A DNA stretch of 64,000 nucleotides from a virus: positions 32,001 through 96,000 of IMG/VR virus record IMGVR_UViG_3300031539_000004. The stretch is one strand, 5' to 3'. The notes beneath the pieces were generated by a model that ran no database searches, was not told the origin of the DNA, and was given only the letters and a program-made list of their open reading frames with translations. Positions within the stretch are counted from its first letter, which is position 1; every line of letters starts with the position of its first letter. A program made the translations under genes and the position numbers. Below are positions 31,643 through 41,711 of the stretch, one piece after another.

Positions 31643-32130
31643 CCGGCCCGTTCCGGGTGGTCGACGGGGTGGGCCACGTCGGCGACCGGGCGTTCCCGGT
31701 GTGGGAGGTGGACGACCGGACCTCGCAGCCGTGGTCGCCGACGCTCGGGTTCTGGATCCGGTGGGTCAACGGGTGGGCGGCGCTCGTCCGGTGGCCGACC
31801 GTCCCGACGGGCGACGACCGGTTGGATCCGCCCGGTGAGCGGTGCGTCCTCGAGCGGGGCGCGGTCGGTCTGGTGAAGCAACGACGATCCGTCTACGACG
31901 GCGAAGGCCCCGACGCTGCTCGGGTGTTCACGGAGCGGTGGTCGCGGCCCCCCGAGATCGGGCTGACCGCCGTCGAGGCGCTGGCGGTCCTCGCCGAGAC
32001 GGAGGGGTTGGAGCAGCCGCCGTGGATGGAGGGCCGTCCGTTCACGGGTTGAAAGCGCTGGTCACGGCGTTGTTTCCCACAGACCCCCGGTGTAGTTGAT
32101 CCAGCTACACGGTGGAGGTACGTTGTGCCC

Positions 32131-32499
32131 ATGAACGAAGCGACGAACGCAGCGAACGCCCGAGCGGCAGCCACCATCACGGAGGCGCTCACCGACGGCA
32201 TCCTCACCGCCAAGGTCAGCGGCCTCTTCGGCCTCCCGGCGCTCACCCTCGAGCGGGCCGACGGTCAGCCGCTCGGCCGCCACGGAGACCACGACGTCAC
32301 GGGCCTCACGATCGACCTCCACAGCGTCAGCCTCATCGGTCGGGTCACGACCCGCAACAAGGACCTCCGCAAGGCGATCCGGCTCGGCGTCGCGAAGATC
32401 GCAGCGGGTGGCGGCAAGGTCGCCCCCGTCGAGACGATCACCGCCGACGAGATCGCCCGCATCGACGAGGCTCGCTTCACATCGATCTTCGCCCGGTGA
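32131..32499 (+). CDS. Hypothetical protein, leaderless
   Basis: TTGATC-N17-TACGTT-N6-ATG. Confidence 0.7.
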   Translation: MNEATNAANARAAATITEALTDGILTAKVSGLFGLPALTLERADGQPLGRHGDHDVTGLTIDLHSVSLIGRVTTRNKDLRKAIRLGVAKIAAGGGKVAPVETITADEIARIDEARFTSIFAR

Positions 32500-32526
32500 T
32501 CGGGGGCCACACCTCGGGGGCTGGCT

Positions 32527-32604
32527 TGGTGGCAGGGGCAGGATTCGAACCTGCGACCTCATGGTTATGAGCCATGTGAGCTGACCGGACTGCTCTACCC
32601 TGCG
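32527..32604 (-). tRNA. tRNA-Met(CAT), initiator-like, CCA encoded
   Basis: CGCAGGG TA GAGC..GCTC A CATGG CTCATAA CCATG AGGTC GCAGG TTCGAAT CCTGC CCCTGCC A CCA; C1 mismatch, A11-U24. Confidence 0.95.
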
Positions 32605-32778
32605 AGCGGCCACCGTAGCGGACCGGCCGCGCCGAGTGAAGCGATTGTGGGGCCGACGACCCGAGAGTCCTCTAACAGGCGTCGGCAGCACCAAAACTTG
32701 AACCCGGCACGGGGGACGACCACCCCGACGACCAGGGTTTCGCGAGTCGCGGCACGCGAAACTGTACGCTCGGGTTCC

Positions 32779-34101
32779 ATGACCGACACGACCGTCCCCG
32801 CCGACCTCCTCGAGCAGGAGTACGCGACCGTCCCCGTCGACTCGCTCGACCCGCACCCCGACAACCCGAGGCGAGGCGATGTCGACGCGATCGCAGCGTC
32901 GATCGACGCCAACGGGTTCTTCGGAGCGGTCCTCGCCCAACGCGCCACAGCGGATCACGGCCCACGGATCCTCGCCGGCGAACACCGGTGGCTCGCCGCG
33001 CAACGCCACGGCCACCTCGAGATCCCCGTCCTCTGGATCACCTGCGACGACGACCGGGCACGCCGCATCCTGCTGGTAGACAACCGCGCCGACGACCTCG
33101 CCACCTACGACGACCGGTACCTCGCCGACCTCCTCGGCGAAATCAAAACCAGCGAAGCCGGCCTCACCGGCACCGGGTTCGACGGCACCGACCTCCGAGA
33201 ACTCCTCGACCGGCTCGACCCCCAAGACCAAACCCTCGACCCGCCCGACGACGACGACCCGCTCACCAACATCGACCCCGACGCCGAACCCGTCGCCAAG
33301 GTAGGCGACCTCTGGCAGATCGGCCCCCACCGGCTACTCGTCGGCGACTGCTACGACCCCGCCAACCTCGACCGCCTCCTCGACAACACCGAACACGGCA
33401 CCGTCGACGCCGTCGTCACCGACCCCCCCTACGCCATCTACGGCTCAAGCACCGGCATCTCGAGCGACGTAGCCGACGACAAAATGGTTCGCCCGTTCTT
33501 CGAACAACTCGGCCGCCTCATCCGCGCCCGCCTCAAGCCATTCGGCCACGCCTACGTCTTCTGCGACTGGCGCTCATGGGCAACCGTCTGGCACGGAATG
33601 AAAACCGCACGCCTCGCCCCCAAGAACTGCATCGTGTGGGACAAAGGCCGCTTCGGCCTCGGCGGCATGTACGCCAACACCCACGAATTCGTCGGCTTCT
33701 TCGCCAACCTCCCCAACCAACGCACCATGACCTCCAGCGACCAGCGAGGCCAACGCGCCGTCAACAGCGAACCCAACATCTTCCACACCAACCGCCCCAC
33801 CGGAGACGACCGCCAACACAACGCAGCCAAACCCCTCGACCTCCTCCAATGGCTCATCGTCAACAGCACCGACGAAGGCGAAACCATCCTCGACCCCTTC
33901 ACCGGCAGCGGCTCCGTCATCATCGCCGCCCACCACACAGGCCGCATCGCCTACGCCACCGAACTCGAACCCCGCTTCGCCGACATCACCATCCGAAGGG
34001 CAGAACACCTCACCGGCCACACAGCCACCGTCACCCACGCCCCCGAGACAGACGACCCGACCACCAACGACACGACCAGCGACGACCACGACCAGCCATG
34101 A
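32779..34101 (+). CDS. ParB-like N-domain + N6/N4 DNA methyltransferase
   Basis: HPDNPRRGD, ILAGEHRW, LLVDNR; VTDPPY; LDPFTGSGS. Confidence 0.95.
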   Translation: MTDTTVPADLLEQEYATVPVDSLDPHPDNPRRGDVDAIAASIDANGFFGAVLAQRATADHGPRILAGEHRWLAAQRHGHLEIPVLWITCDDDRARRILLVDNRADDLATYDDRYLADLLGEIKTSEAGLTGTGFDGTDLRELLDRLDPQDQTLDPPDDDDPLTNIDPDAEPVAKVGDLWQIGPHRLLVGDCYDPANLDRLLDNTEHGTVDAVVTDPPYAIYGSSTGISSDVADDKMVRPFFEQLGRLIRARLKPFGHAYVFCDWRSWATVWHGMKTARLAPKNCIVWDKGRFGLGGMYANTHEFVGFFANLPNQRTMTSSDQRGQRAVNSEPNIFHTNRPTGDDRQHNAAKPLDLLQWLIVNSTDEGETILDPFTGSGSVIIAAHHTGRIAYATELEPRFADITIRRAEHLTGHTATVTHAPETDDPTTNDTTSDDHDQP

Positions 34102-34664
34102 CCACACCCAAACCCCAAGCCCCACACGACCCCAAAACCCAACGCGCCCAAAACACCGATGGAGGAACGGATTCGGTGATCGAAAGTTCGTCTCGTGATG
34201 GTGGGAGGCCTGCGAAGTGGGCGGATCCTCGGGTGCGGGAGGCGTTGGTGGATGGGGTGAGGATGGGCGCTCCGGTGAAGTATGCGTGTCGGGCGGCGGG
34301 GATTGATGAGGGGACGTTTTATCGGTGGCGGCGGCAGTCGGCTGAGCCGGAGGCCCCGGAGGAGTTGCGGGCGTTGTTTGAGGAGTTGGAGGGGGCTCAT
34401 GCTCGGGCGGTGTTGCGGAACGTCGGGTTGATTCAGGCGGCGGCGCAGGAGTCGAAGCATTGGAAGGCGGCGGCGTGGTGGTTGGAGCGGATGCATCCGG
34501 AGGATTTCGCTCGGCAGGATCCGGGGCAGCTTGGGCAGGGGGGGACGCAGGTGGTGATCGCTTCGGAGGATGACATCAGGCGGTTGCAGGCGACGTTGGA
34601 GCGGCGTGCTGAGGCGTCGGGGGAGTTGGCGGTGGTGGACGCCGAGGTGGTGGGCGATGAGTGA
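34098..34664 (+). CDS. terS: Terminase small subunit (alternative GTG start 34176)
   Basis: GRPAKW..GAPVKYACRAAGIDEGTFYRW HTH; WKAAAWWLER; directly upstream of and overlapping terL. Confidence 0.8.
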   Translation: MTTPKPQAPHDPKTQRAQNTDGGTDSVIESSSRDGGRPAKWADPRVREALVDGVRMGAPVKYACRAAGIDEGTFYRWRRQSAEPEAPEELRALFEELEGAHARAVLRNVGLIQAAAQESKHWKAAAWWLERMHPEDFARQDPGQLGQGGTQVVIASEDDIRRLQATLERRAEASGELAVVDAEVVGDE

Positions 34665-36285
34665 CCAGCCGGCGTTGATCCCTAGCGGTCTCCTCGAGCT
34701 GATGACCGATGAGGAGCGGGCGCTCTACTCGCAGTACCTCGACTATCAGGTGGTGCAGGAGGCGACCGATCCGTTGCCGTGGTTGGACGCGTTGTTCCCG
34801 TCGTATGTGCCGTTCGATTTCGCTGAGCATCACAAGGTGTTCTGGTCGTGGTTGTGGGAGATCGAGCGGCAGGAGAAGCCGGATCCGTTTGTGGCGATCT
34901 GGCCGCGTGGTGGAGCGAAGTCGACGGCGGCTGAGCTCGGGATCGTCGCGCTGGCGGCTCGGGGCCGGCGGAAGTACGGGCTCTACATCTGCGAGACGCA
35001 GGACCAGGCGGATGACCATGTGGGGAACGTGGCGTCGCTGCTCGAGACGGACGCGATCTCGGCGGCGTACCCCGAGCTCGGGGAGCGGATGCTCGGCAAG
35101 TTCGGGCATGCGAAGGGCTGGAAGGTGAACCGGTTGCGGACGGCGTCGGGGTTCACGCTCGACGCGATCGGTCTCGACAAGGCGGCCCGGGGGATCAAGC
35201 TCGATGAGCAGCGGCCTGACTTCATCGTGCTCGATGACATCGATGGGGAGACCGACTCGGGGCACACGACGGAGAAGAAGAAGACGATCATCACCCGGAA
35301 GCTGTTGCCGGCGGGGTCGCATGATTGCGCGGTGCTGGCGATCCAGAACAAGGTGTCGGACGAGTCGATCTTCGCTCAGCTCGCTGATGGGCGCGCCGAC
35401 TTCCTGACCTCGCGGATCTTGTCGGGGCCGATCCCGGCGATCGAGGGTCTCGAGTATGAGCAGCAGCCGACCGAGGACGGGCGGCGGCGGTGGGTCATCA
35501 CCGGGGGGACGGCGTCGTGGGAGGGCCAGTCGGTCGAGATCTGCGAGTCGCAGATGAACGACTGGGGGTTGTCGGCGTTTCTGTCGGAGGCGCAGCACGA
35601 CACCGAGCCGCCAGGCGGCGGGATGTTCGACCATCTGGATTGGCCGGCGATCCGGGTGACGGAGGCTGAGCTGCCCGAGTTCCGGCGGGTGGTCTGTTGG
35701 GTCGACCCGGCGGTCACGTCGACCGACAACAGCGACTGCCAGGCGATCATCGTGGACGGTCTCGGCGTCGATGGGAAGATCTACCGGCTGTGGGCGTGGG
35801 AGGGCCGGACCACTCCGCTCGACACGTTGCAGCGCGCGATCCGGGCGGCGGTGCGGCTCGGGTCGGAGAAGGTTGGCGTGGAGACCGACCAGGGCGGCGA
35901 CACTTGGGAGTCGGTGTACCGGGAGGCGTTGCGGTCGTTGCTCGAGGACGAGAACGCCCCGCTCGAGCTCGGCGACGAGCAGGTGATTCCCCGGTTCGAT
36001 CAGGCGAAGGCCGGGCAGATGCAGGCGTCGAAGACCGCTCGGGCGGCCCGGATGCTGGTCGACTACGAGACCGACGTGTTCCGCCACCTCGAGGGCGTCC
36101 ATCGGGTGATCGAGCGGTCGTTGTCGCGGTTCCCGAAGACGAAGCCGTTCGACCTCACCGACGCGTGTTTCTGGTCATGGGACGATCTGGATCCGAAGCC
36201 GAGGCGGATGCGGCGTCGTGCTCGGGCGAAGTCGGCGGCGCGCCGGTCGCTTGGCGATGTGTCGCCGGCGTTGCTCGGCGGGTGA
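34657..36285 (+). CDS. terL: Terminase large subunit
   Basis: Walker A WPRGGAKST, Walker B FIVLDD, nuclease WVDPA and DLTDA. Confidence 0.9.
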   Translation: MSDQPALIPSGLLELMTDEERALYSQYLDYQVVQEATDPLPWLDALFPSYVPFDFAEHHKVFWSWLWEIERQEKPDPFVAIWPRGGAKSTAAELGIVALAARGRRKYGLYICETQDQADDHVGNVASLLETDAISAAYPELGERMLGKFGHAKGWKVNRLRTASGFTLDAIGLDKAARGIKLDEQRPDFIVLDDIDGETDSGHTTEKKKTIITRKLLPAGSHDCAVLAIQNKVSDESIFAQLADGRADFLTSRILSGPIPAIEGLEYEQQPTEDGRRRWVITGGTASWEGQSVEICESQMNDWGLSAFLSEAQHDTEPPGGGMFDHLDWPAIRVTEAELPEFRRVVCWVDPAVTSTDNSDCQAIIVDGLGVDGKIYRLWAWEGRTTPLDTLQRAIRAAVRLGSEKVGVETDQGGDTWESVYREALRSLLEDENAPLELGDEQVIPRFDQAKAGQMQASKTARAARMLVDYETDVFRHLEGVHRVIERSLSRFPKTKPFDLTDACFWSWDDLDPKPRRMRRRARAKSAARRSLGDVSPALLGG

Positions 36286-36288
36286 CGT

Positions 36289-36474
36289 TCAGCCGCGGCG
36301 GATCTGGCGGCGGGCCTTGCGGGCGAGGCGGCGGCCTCGGCGGGTCTTGGGGGTGGGGGTGGCGACGGCGAGGGCGTAGCCGATGGCCGCGCCTTTGGCG
36401 TTGAGGTTCGGGATGCGTCCGGCGGCGGTCCACCTCGGGAGGCTCGGGGCTGCGATTGCGGTGCTCCACTTCAT
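36289..36474 (-). CDS. Small basic hypothetical protein, leaderless
   Basis: TACAGT-N7-ATG with operator 36485-36501. Confidence 0.55.
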   Translation of the reverse strand: MKWSTAIAAPSLPRWTAAGRIPNLNAKGAAIGYALAVATPTPKTRRGRRLARKARRQIRRG

Positions 36475-36499
36475 GTCCCGAACTGTAGCATAGAAGGCT

Positions 36500-39400
36500 A
36501 CGGCGATGTGTCGGGTTTCGGGGTGGTGGCCCGGCTGGTGGCTCGGCGGCGTCGGGCGAGCTCGAGGCGGTCGGGAGGTTCCCGTCAGGTTCGTTGAGGT
36601 TCCGTCAGGTTCTCGGGAGGTTCGTCAGGTGCTCGAGCTCGGCCGGCTGGCGGCAACCGCGGGGCGTGACGGCTCGGGCGGCTCGGCGACGGACTGCTAG
36701 CCGGGATCGCAGCAGTTTCGCAGCAGATCGCAGCAGTTCCGGTGCGCCGGCAGCAGTTCTGCTGCGTTTGCTGCCCGGCCGGTGCGTGACCGGACCGCTC
36801 TGAGCGGTTGCCGGCCAGGGCGGCGAGCTTCGCCGAGGTGGTCTCGTGATGGTCTCCGGGGGTTCGTCGGGGGTTCGTCGCCGAGCTCGGGGATAACGGG
36901 GGCATAACGGGGGATGATCGAGTGATGCGCCTGGCGTCCGCTGGTCGCCCCGGGGCCGGTTGGGCGGTGATCGGGCGGGAGGCGGCCCTCGAGGGCGTAG
37001 ACGGGCGCTGAGGGGCCGATCGTCGGCTCCTGGCGGCGGCCAGCGGCGAGCATCGTGCCAAGCATCGTCGGCATCGTCCGAGCATCGTCCGAGCATCGTC
37101 GGGGATTCTGAGCGATCTGGCCTGGCCGGCGCGCCTCCTGGCGACTCCCTGGCGACTCTCGGGGGGTCGGGACGGGCCGAGGAGCGTGGAACGACCCGAC
37201 ATCAGTCTCGGGAGCCCTGGCGACCAGGGCGAAACGGGCGGGTCTGCGGCGGCCTCGAGCCTCCTGGCCGGCTGTCCTGGCATGCTCTCGTATGCGCTGG
37301 TCACGGTCCGTTTCTGAGCTCGGGAGTCCTGGGATACTGCGGGCTCCCTGGCGACTCCTGGCGCGACTCCCTGGCGGGAGCACGGGATGATGTGGGGAGC
37401 GGCGAGATCATCGGGGGCCTTGGCGTGGGCCTCGGGTGAAGGCGGGGTCCTGGCCGGCCGGCGCTCGAGCTCGAGCCGGCAGCCAGGGGGGAGTACAGAG
37501 AGCCCTTACAGGCCCGTGACCTGCGGACATGCCGGCACTGAAGATTGTCCGAAGTCGGGCAGTCGGACCTCGGTGGCGGCGAGCTCGCGGTCGTCGGGCG
37601 AGCAGCGTGGAAGGCAGTGGAACGCAGCACGACGCAGTAGAACGCAGTGGAACGCAGTGGAACGCAGCGAAGTTGGTGCCCTGGCAGCGGTTCTGCTGTC
37701 GAGCAGGCGGCCTGGCGGCCACGATCGCCGCCATGAGCGGGGCGGGGGCCTCGGGCGTGATCGGGCGGCGGCCCGCCTCGAGGGGCACACGGCGGCGTTG
37801 TGCGTCGGATCCGGGCCGATCCGTGGCGGCCTGGCGGCGTGGAGCGCGCCCGGTCGCCTGGCGGGGAGTGGTTCTTCTGGTTCCCGGGGCGAGGAACGTG
37901 ACGAACCCGACGAACCCGGCGGGGCGTGGGCGTGAGCTGGTGGGCCTCGGGGCGAGCTCGGGCGGCCGTCGTGTTCCTCGTGTTCCTGGCCGGCGAACAC
38001 TCAACGACACAACGCCGTGACCAGCGCATATGCCGGCCTGGCGGTGGCGATATGCCGGCCCTGGCGGCCGGGAGTGTTCCCGGGAGTTCGTCGGGTTCTT
38101 GGGAGAAGGACCCGAGGATCGTGACGGCTGGCGCTCGGTGAGGTGGGCCGCCTGGCGGATCCGGGTTTGCCCTGGCCGGCTACTCGAGCCGATTCTGTCC
38201 GGCCTGGTGTCCTCGCGTAACCGCTGGTCAGGGGACAGAAATGGGACTCCTTGGCCGGCGTGTTGTCCGCAGTGGTGGTTGCCGGCAGGTGGCCTGGCTG
38301 GCGTCGATCGAAGGAGCTGGCCTGGCTGGCGGCGTGAGGTGGCCGAGGGCGTCGGGGCGGCGCTCGGGCGTGATGACGCTCGGGGTGGCGCACGGCGGCA
38401 CACGGGCCGTGATCCGGGGGCCGTGGCGTGAGCTGGCCGGGCTCGGATCTGCGCTTGAGCCGGCCAGGGCGGCCAGGCAGAACGGGATGACGTGAGGTAC
38501 CTGCGGCCAGGTCTCGAGCCAGGAGGCGCGCCAGGCAGTCGCGCCGAGCTCGGCCGGCCAGGGCGTAACCGCTGGTCAGCGTCCGTTTCCGACAGGGAGA
38601 ATCGGGAGGCTCGCGCCAGGTCGTTTCCCAGGGGGCCGGCCAGGGCGAGGAGCGTGGGATGGAGTGGAACGCAGTGGGGAGCAGCGTGGCGGCAGTTGCG
38701 GGCGGGCTCGGCCGACTGTCGGCGCGACTGCCTGGTCAGGGTGCATAACCGCTGGTCACGGTGCAGAAACGAGGGTGTCGGCGACTGCGGTTTCGAGAGG
38801 CTGAAACGGCAGTCGCCAGGAGGGCGCGCTCGGCGTCGATCGTGGGGCCTGGCGGCTGGGTTCCCGGCTACCAGCTCGAGGGGGCGGCGGCGGGCCGTGC
38901 CAGCTCGGGGCGGGTGATCGGGCGTGGCGTGGCGCTCGGGCGCGTACGGGGGCCGTGAGGGGCTGATCCGTGGCGATCGTGGGCGCGGGTGGCGGCCTCG
39001 GGGGTGGTCGTCGCCGATCCGGGGGTGTTCTCCGGGTGTTCTCCCGGGTGTTCTCCCTGGTCGGGCGAGCTCGGAGCCATCGCCGAGCCGCCACTGAGCC
39101 AGCCACTGAGCCAGCCGCTGACCTGCGGTTATGCGTTTGCCTGGCCGGCGACCTGGCCGGCGATGGTCGTCAGATGGTTCGTTGATGGTTCCGTCGGGGG
39201 TTCGTTGCGGACGCTGGGGGCCGTTTCGGCCAGCGTCGGCCAGCGTCGGCTCGAGCTCGGCGCGACTGTCGAACCCTGTGCATAAGGGCTGGTCACGGTG
39301 CGTTTCTGGCCGGCTGGTCGGGGGTGTCGCGACTGCCGCGACTGTCGGGGTGCCAGCACCCTCCGGAATTGATGGTCGGGGAATTGATGGATGCTCGAGG

Positions 39401-40050
39401 ATCCATCGATTCCGCCCTGGTGAGCCGTCACGGTCAGCGGTTGCTGGGGGCTGCTGGCCGGCGGAACTGCAACGGACAGCGGTTGCGGCTGACAGGGCGA
39501 GCTCGGCCGCGTTGCTAGCGTGCTATCAATTCCCGGCCTGGTCGGCGGCCAGCAGGTTCCGGGGCGGCACCACTCATCGACGGTCCTGCGCTCGGGCGTG
39601 GTGGGCGTACAAGCGTACCGGTCGCCATTCGGGGCTGGTCGGGCGTGGCGTGGGCCTCGAGGGCGTCAGCGGCGATCTCGGGCCGCCTGGCGGGGCGTTG
39701 AGTGGCGGGTCGAGGCGGCGTTGAGTGACTGAGCGGCCTGAACGGCGGTGCGGGCGTTGAGGTCGTTGAGTGACTGAACGGGCCTCGTGCTCGGGCGTGA
39801 GGCGGGCGGGGGCGGCTTGCGAGGTCTTGAGCCGGCGCTCGTCCCGCTCACCGGGGCAGGGTTTCCCTCGGTCGGCCGCCGCCGCCCGAGGTGAAGCTAC
39901 CCGACGGGGCGAGCTTGGGCGATCGGGTTGCCGGGGAAGGGTGCCGGGGTGTGACAGGCTGACAGGCTGCCTGTCCATAACCGCTGGTCACGGGCTTGCG
40001 GTGGGGGTGCTCGAGGGTGTCGCGACTGTCGGATCTGACAGGCTGCGGGG
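36500..40050. repeat. Gene-free tract of multiple short 10-12 bp tandem-repeat clusters and dispersed TAACCGCTGGTCA motifs
   Basis: No ORF with credible codon usage or RBS; repeats listed in findings. Confidence 0.8.
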
Positions 40051-40052
40051 GG

Positions 40053-40319
40053 TCATTCGGCCTGGTCGTCGGGGTCGCCAGGGCAGTCGGCCAGGCATTC
40101 GTCTTCGGGGCCGACGTGGCAGTGGGGGCAGGTGGCGTCGAGCCAGCCGGCGATCTCGATGGCGGCGAGGTCGCCGAGCGCTTTGGAGGCGGTGTCGCCG
40201 AGGTTGATCTGGATCGGCGCGTCGGGGGGGAGGCCGTTGACCTTGCGGTAGTGGGCGGCCATTGCCTCGAGGTCGGCTACGGCGTCGGGGGGTTGCGAGG
40301 GGTGGCGGGGGTCAGCCAT
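40053..40319 (-). CDS. Hypothetical protein
   Basis: CPHC motif; coupled to upstream ORF. Confidence 0.55.
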   Translation of the reverse strand: MADPRHPSQPPDAVADLEAMAAHYRKVNGLPPDAPIQINLGDTASKALGDLAAIEIAGWLDATCPHCHVGPEDECLADCPGDPDDQAE

Positions 40320-40956
40320 GCCATTCCTCGGCGTGGCCGGTTTCGAGGAGGGAGCCGGTGAGGGACGCGTAGTCGGGGCCGGTGATGTCGCCGAGCCAGC
40401 GGCCGAAGCTGTCGGCTTTGGTGGTGGTGATGAGGAACGGGTCGGTGTTGTGGTCGGCTCGGGCTGCGACCCATTGGCGGGTGTGTTCGGTGGCGGCGCG
40501 GCCGGCGTCGCGGGTTTCGCCGCGGGGTTCGGGGCAGTTGATCCCGAGGAGGCGGATCCGTTGGAGGGTGGTGAGGTGGAACCCGAGGTCGATGCGGGCG
40601 TCCACGGTGTCGCCGTCTACGACTCGGGTGATCTGGCAGCGGTAGGTGTACGGCGGTTCGGGGGTCGGCATGGCCCCAGTTTCGCGCGCCGGCCAGGCGG
40701 GCCCGGCGATTCGGACGGGGATGGTGGTGGTGCTCGAGCGGAGCGCGGCGAGGATGCGGTGGTGGCCGTCCCATACTCGGCCGTCGTCGCCGAGGGTTAC
40801 GGGGTCGCAGAGGTCGGGGTTGAAGGTGGCGGTGAGCTCGGCGAGTTCGTTGCGGCTGTCGAGGTCTCGGGCTTCGTCGTTCCAGTCCCAGGGTGGGGGG
40901 TGGGAGCCGGGTCGCCAGCGGGTGATGATTTCGGCGGGGGTGAGGTGGTCAGTCAT
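40312..40956 (-). CDS. ParB/Srx-like domain in-frame with thermonuclease (SNase-like) domain
   Basis: GDDGRVWDGHHRILAA; RVVDGDTVD...IRLLGINCPE...DSFGRWLG. Confidence 0.8.
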   Translation of the reverse strand: MTDHLTPAEIITRWRPGSHPPPWDWNDEARDLDSRNELAELTATFNPDLCDPVTLGDDGRVWDGHHRILAALRSSTTTIPVRIAGPAWPARETGAMPTPEPPYTYRCQITRVVDGDTVDARIDLGFHLTTLQRIRLLGINCPEPRGETRDAGRAATEHTRQWVAARADHNTDPFLITTTKADSFGRWLGDITGPDYASLTGSLLETGHAEEWHG

Positions 40957-41372
40957 CGGCGTTGGGGATGATGCGGGCTTCGATGTCGGCGGTCCACATG
41001 CAGATGTCGCCGCCGGCGGTGCGGACGAGCGGGCTGGCGGTGATGTGGTCGATGAGGTAGCCGTGGCCGTCGGCGAGCGCCGTGAGGGCGCGGTGGGCGC
41101 GTTCCTCGAGGGCGTCCCAGGTTGGGGCGCTGATGGTGAGGTGGGCGGTGCGGGTGGCGTGGTCGTAGGCGGCGAGTTCGCCGTCGCAGTGGGGGCAGCG
41201 GACGGTGCGGATCGGGGGTTTCACGGGTAGCTCCATTCGGTGAGGGGCGCGTCGGCGTGGAGGTTGTAGAGGGTGCCGGGGGTGGTGCTGATGGTGGCGA
41301 GGACGGTGAGGCAGCGGGCCTGGTCTTCGGTGGGGGTTTGGCCGGCGTTGCGGGTGTACCAGTCGGCGATGG

Positions 41373-41711
41373 TCATGGGTTCGCCAGCTCGAGGAGGACG
41401 TCGGCGTGGCACGGGTCGTCGGGCTGGCAGTAGCAGGCGAGGTCGAGGCCGGTGAGCTCGGGGAGGTGTTCGGTGAGGATGATGGCGCGCGGGTCGGTCG
41501 GGTTGGTGAGCCAGGCGCGGTAGAGGGCGACGGCGAGGTCGGGGGTGGTGACGGTCGAGTACTCGTGGTCGACGGCGAGGATGATGATCGGGTCGCCGAC
41601 TCGGAACGGGTTCCCGAAGGGTCCGGGTCGGGTGACGGATCGTGCGCCTTTCGGCATGCGCCAGCCGGCGGTGCGTTTGCGTTGGATGCGGATGGGCGGG
41701 GTGTCAGCCAT
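41373..41711 (-). CDS. DUF4326-like protein
   Basis: RIQRKRTAGWRMP...VTRPGPFGNPF...LACYCQPDDPCHADVLLELAN. Confidence 0.85.
   Translation of the reverse strand: MADTPPIRIQRKRTAGWRMPKGARSVTRPGPFGNPFRVGDPIIILAVDHEYSTVTTPDLAVALYRAWLTNPTDPRAIILTEHLPELTGLDLACYCQPDDPCHADVLLELANP

Noticed and set aside
32520-32610. tRNA-Met as a prophage attL/attR boundary
   Set aside because: Phage-type genes continue on both sides, and no integrase or host genes are adjacent
36500-40050. CRISPR array in the repeat tract
   Set aside because: Units are 10-12 bp, tandem and heterogeneous, with no constant 23-47 bp repeat separated by unique spacers; the Cas4-like gene at 43189 is a common phage RecB-family nuclease
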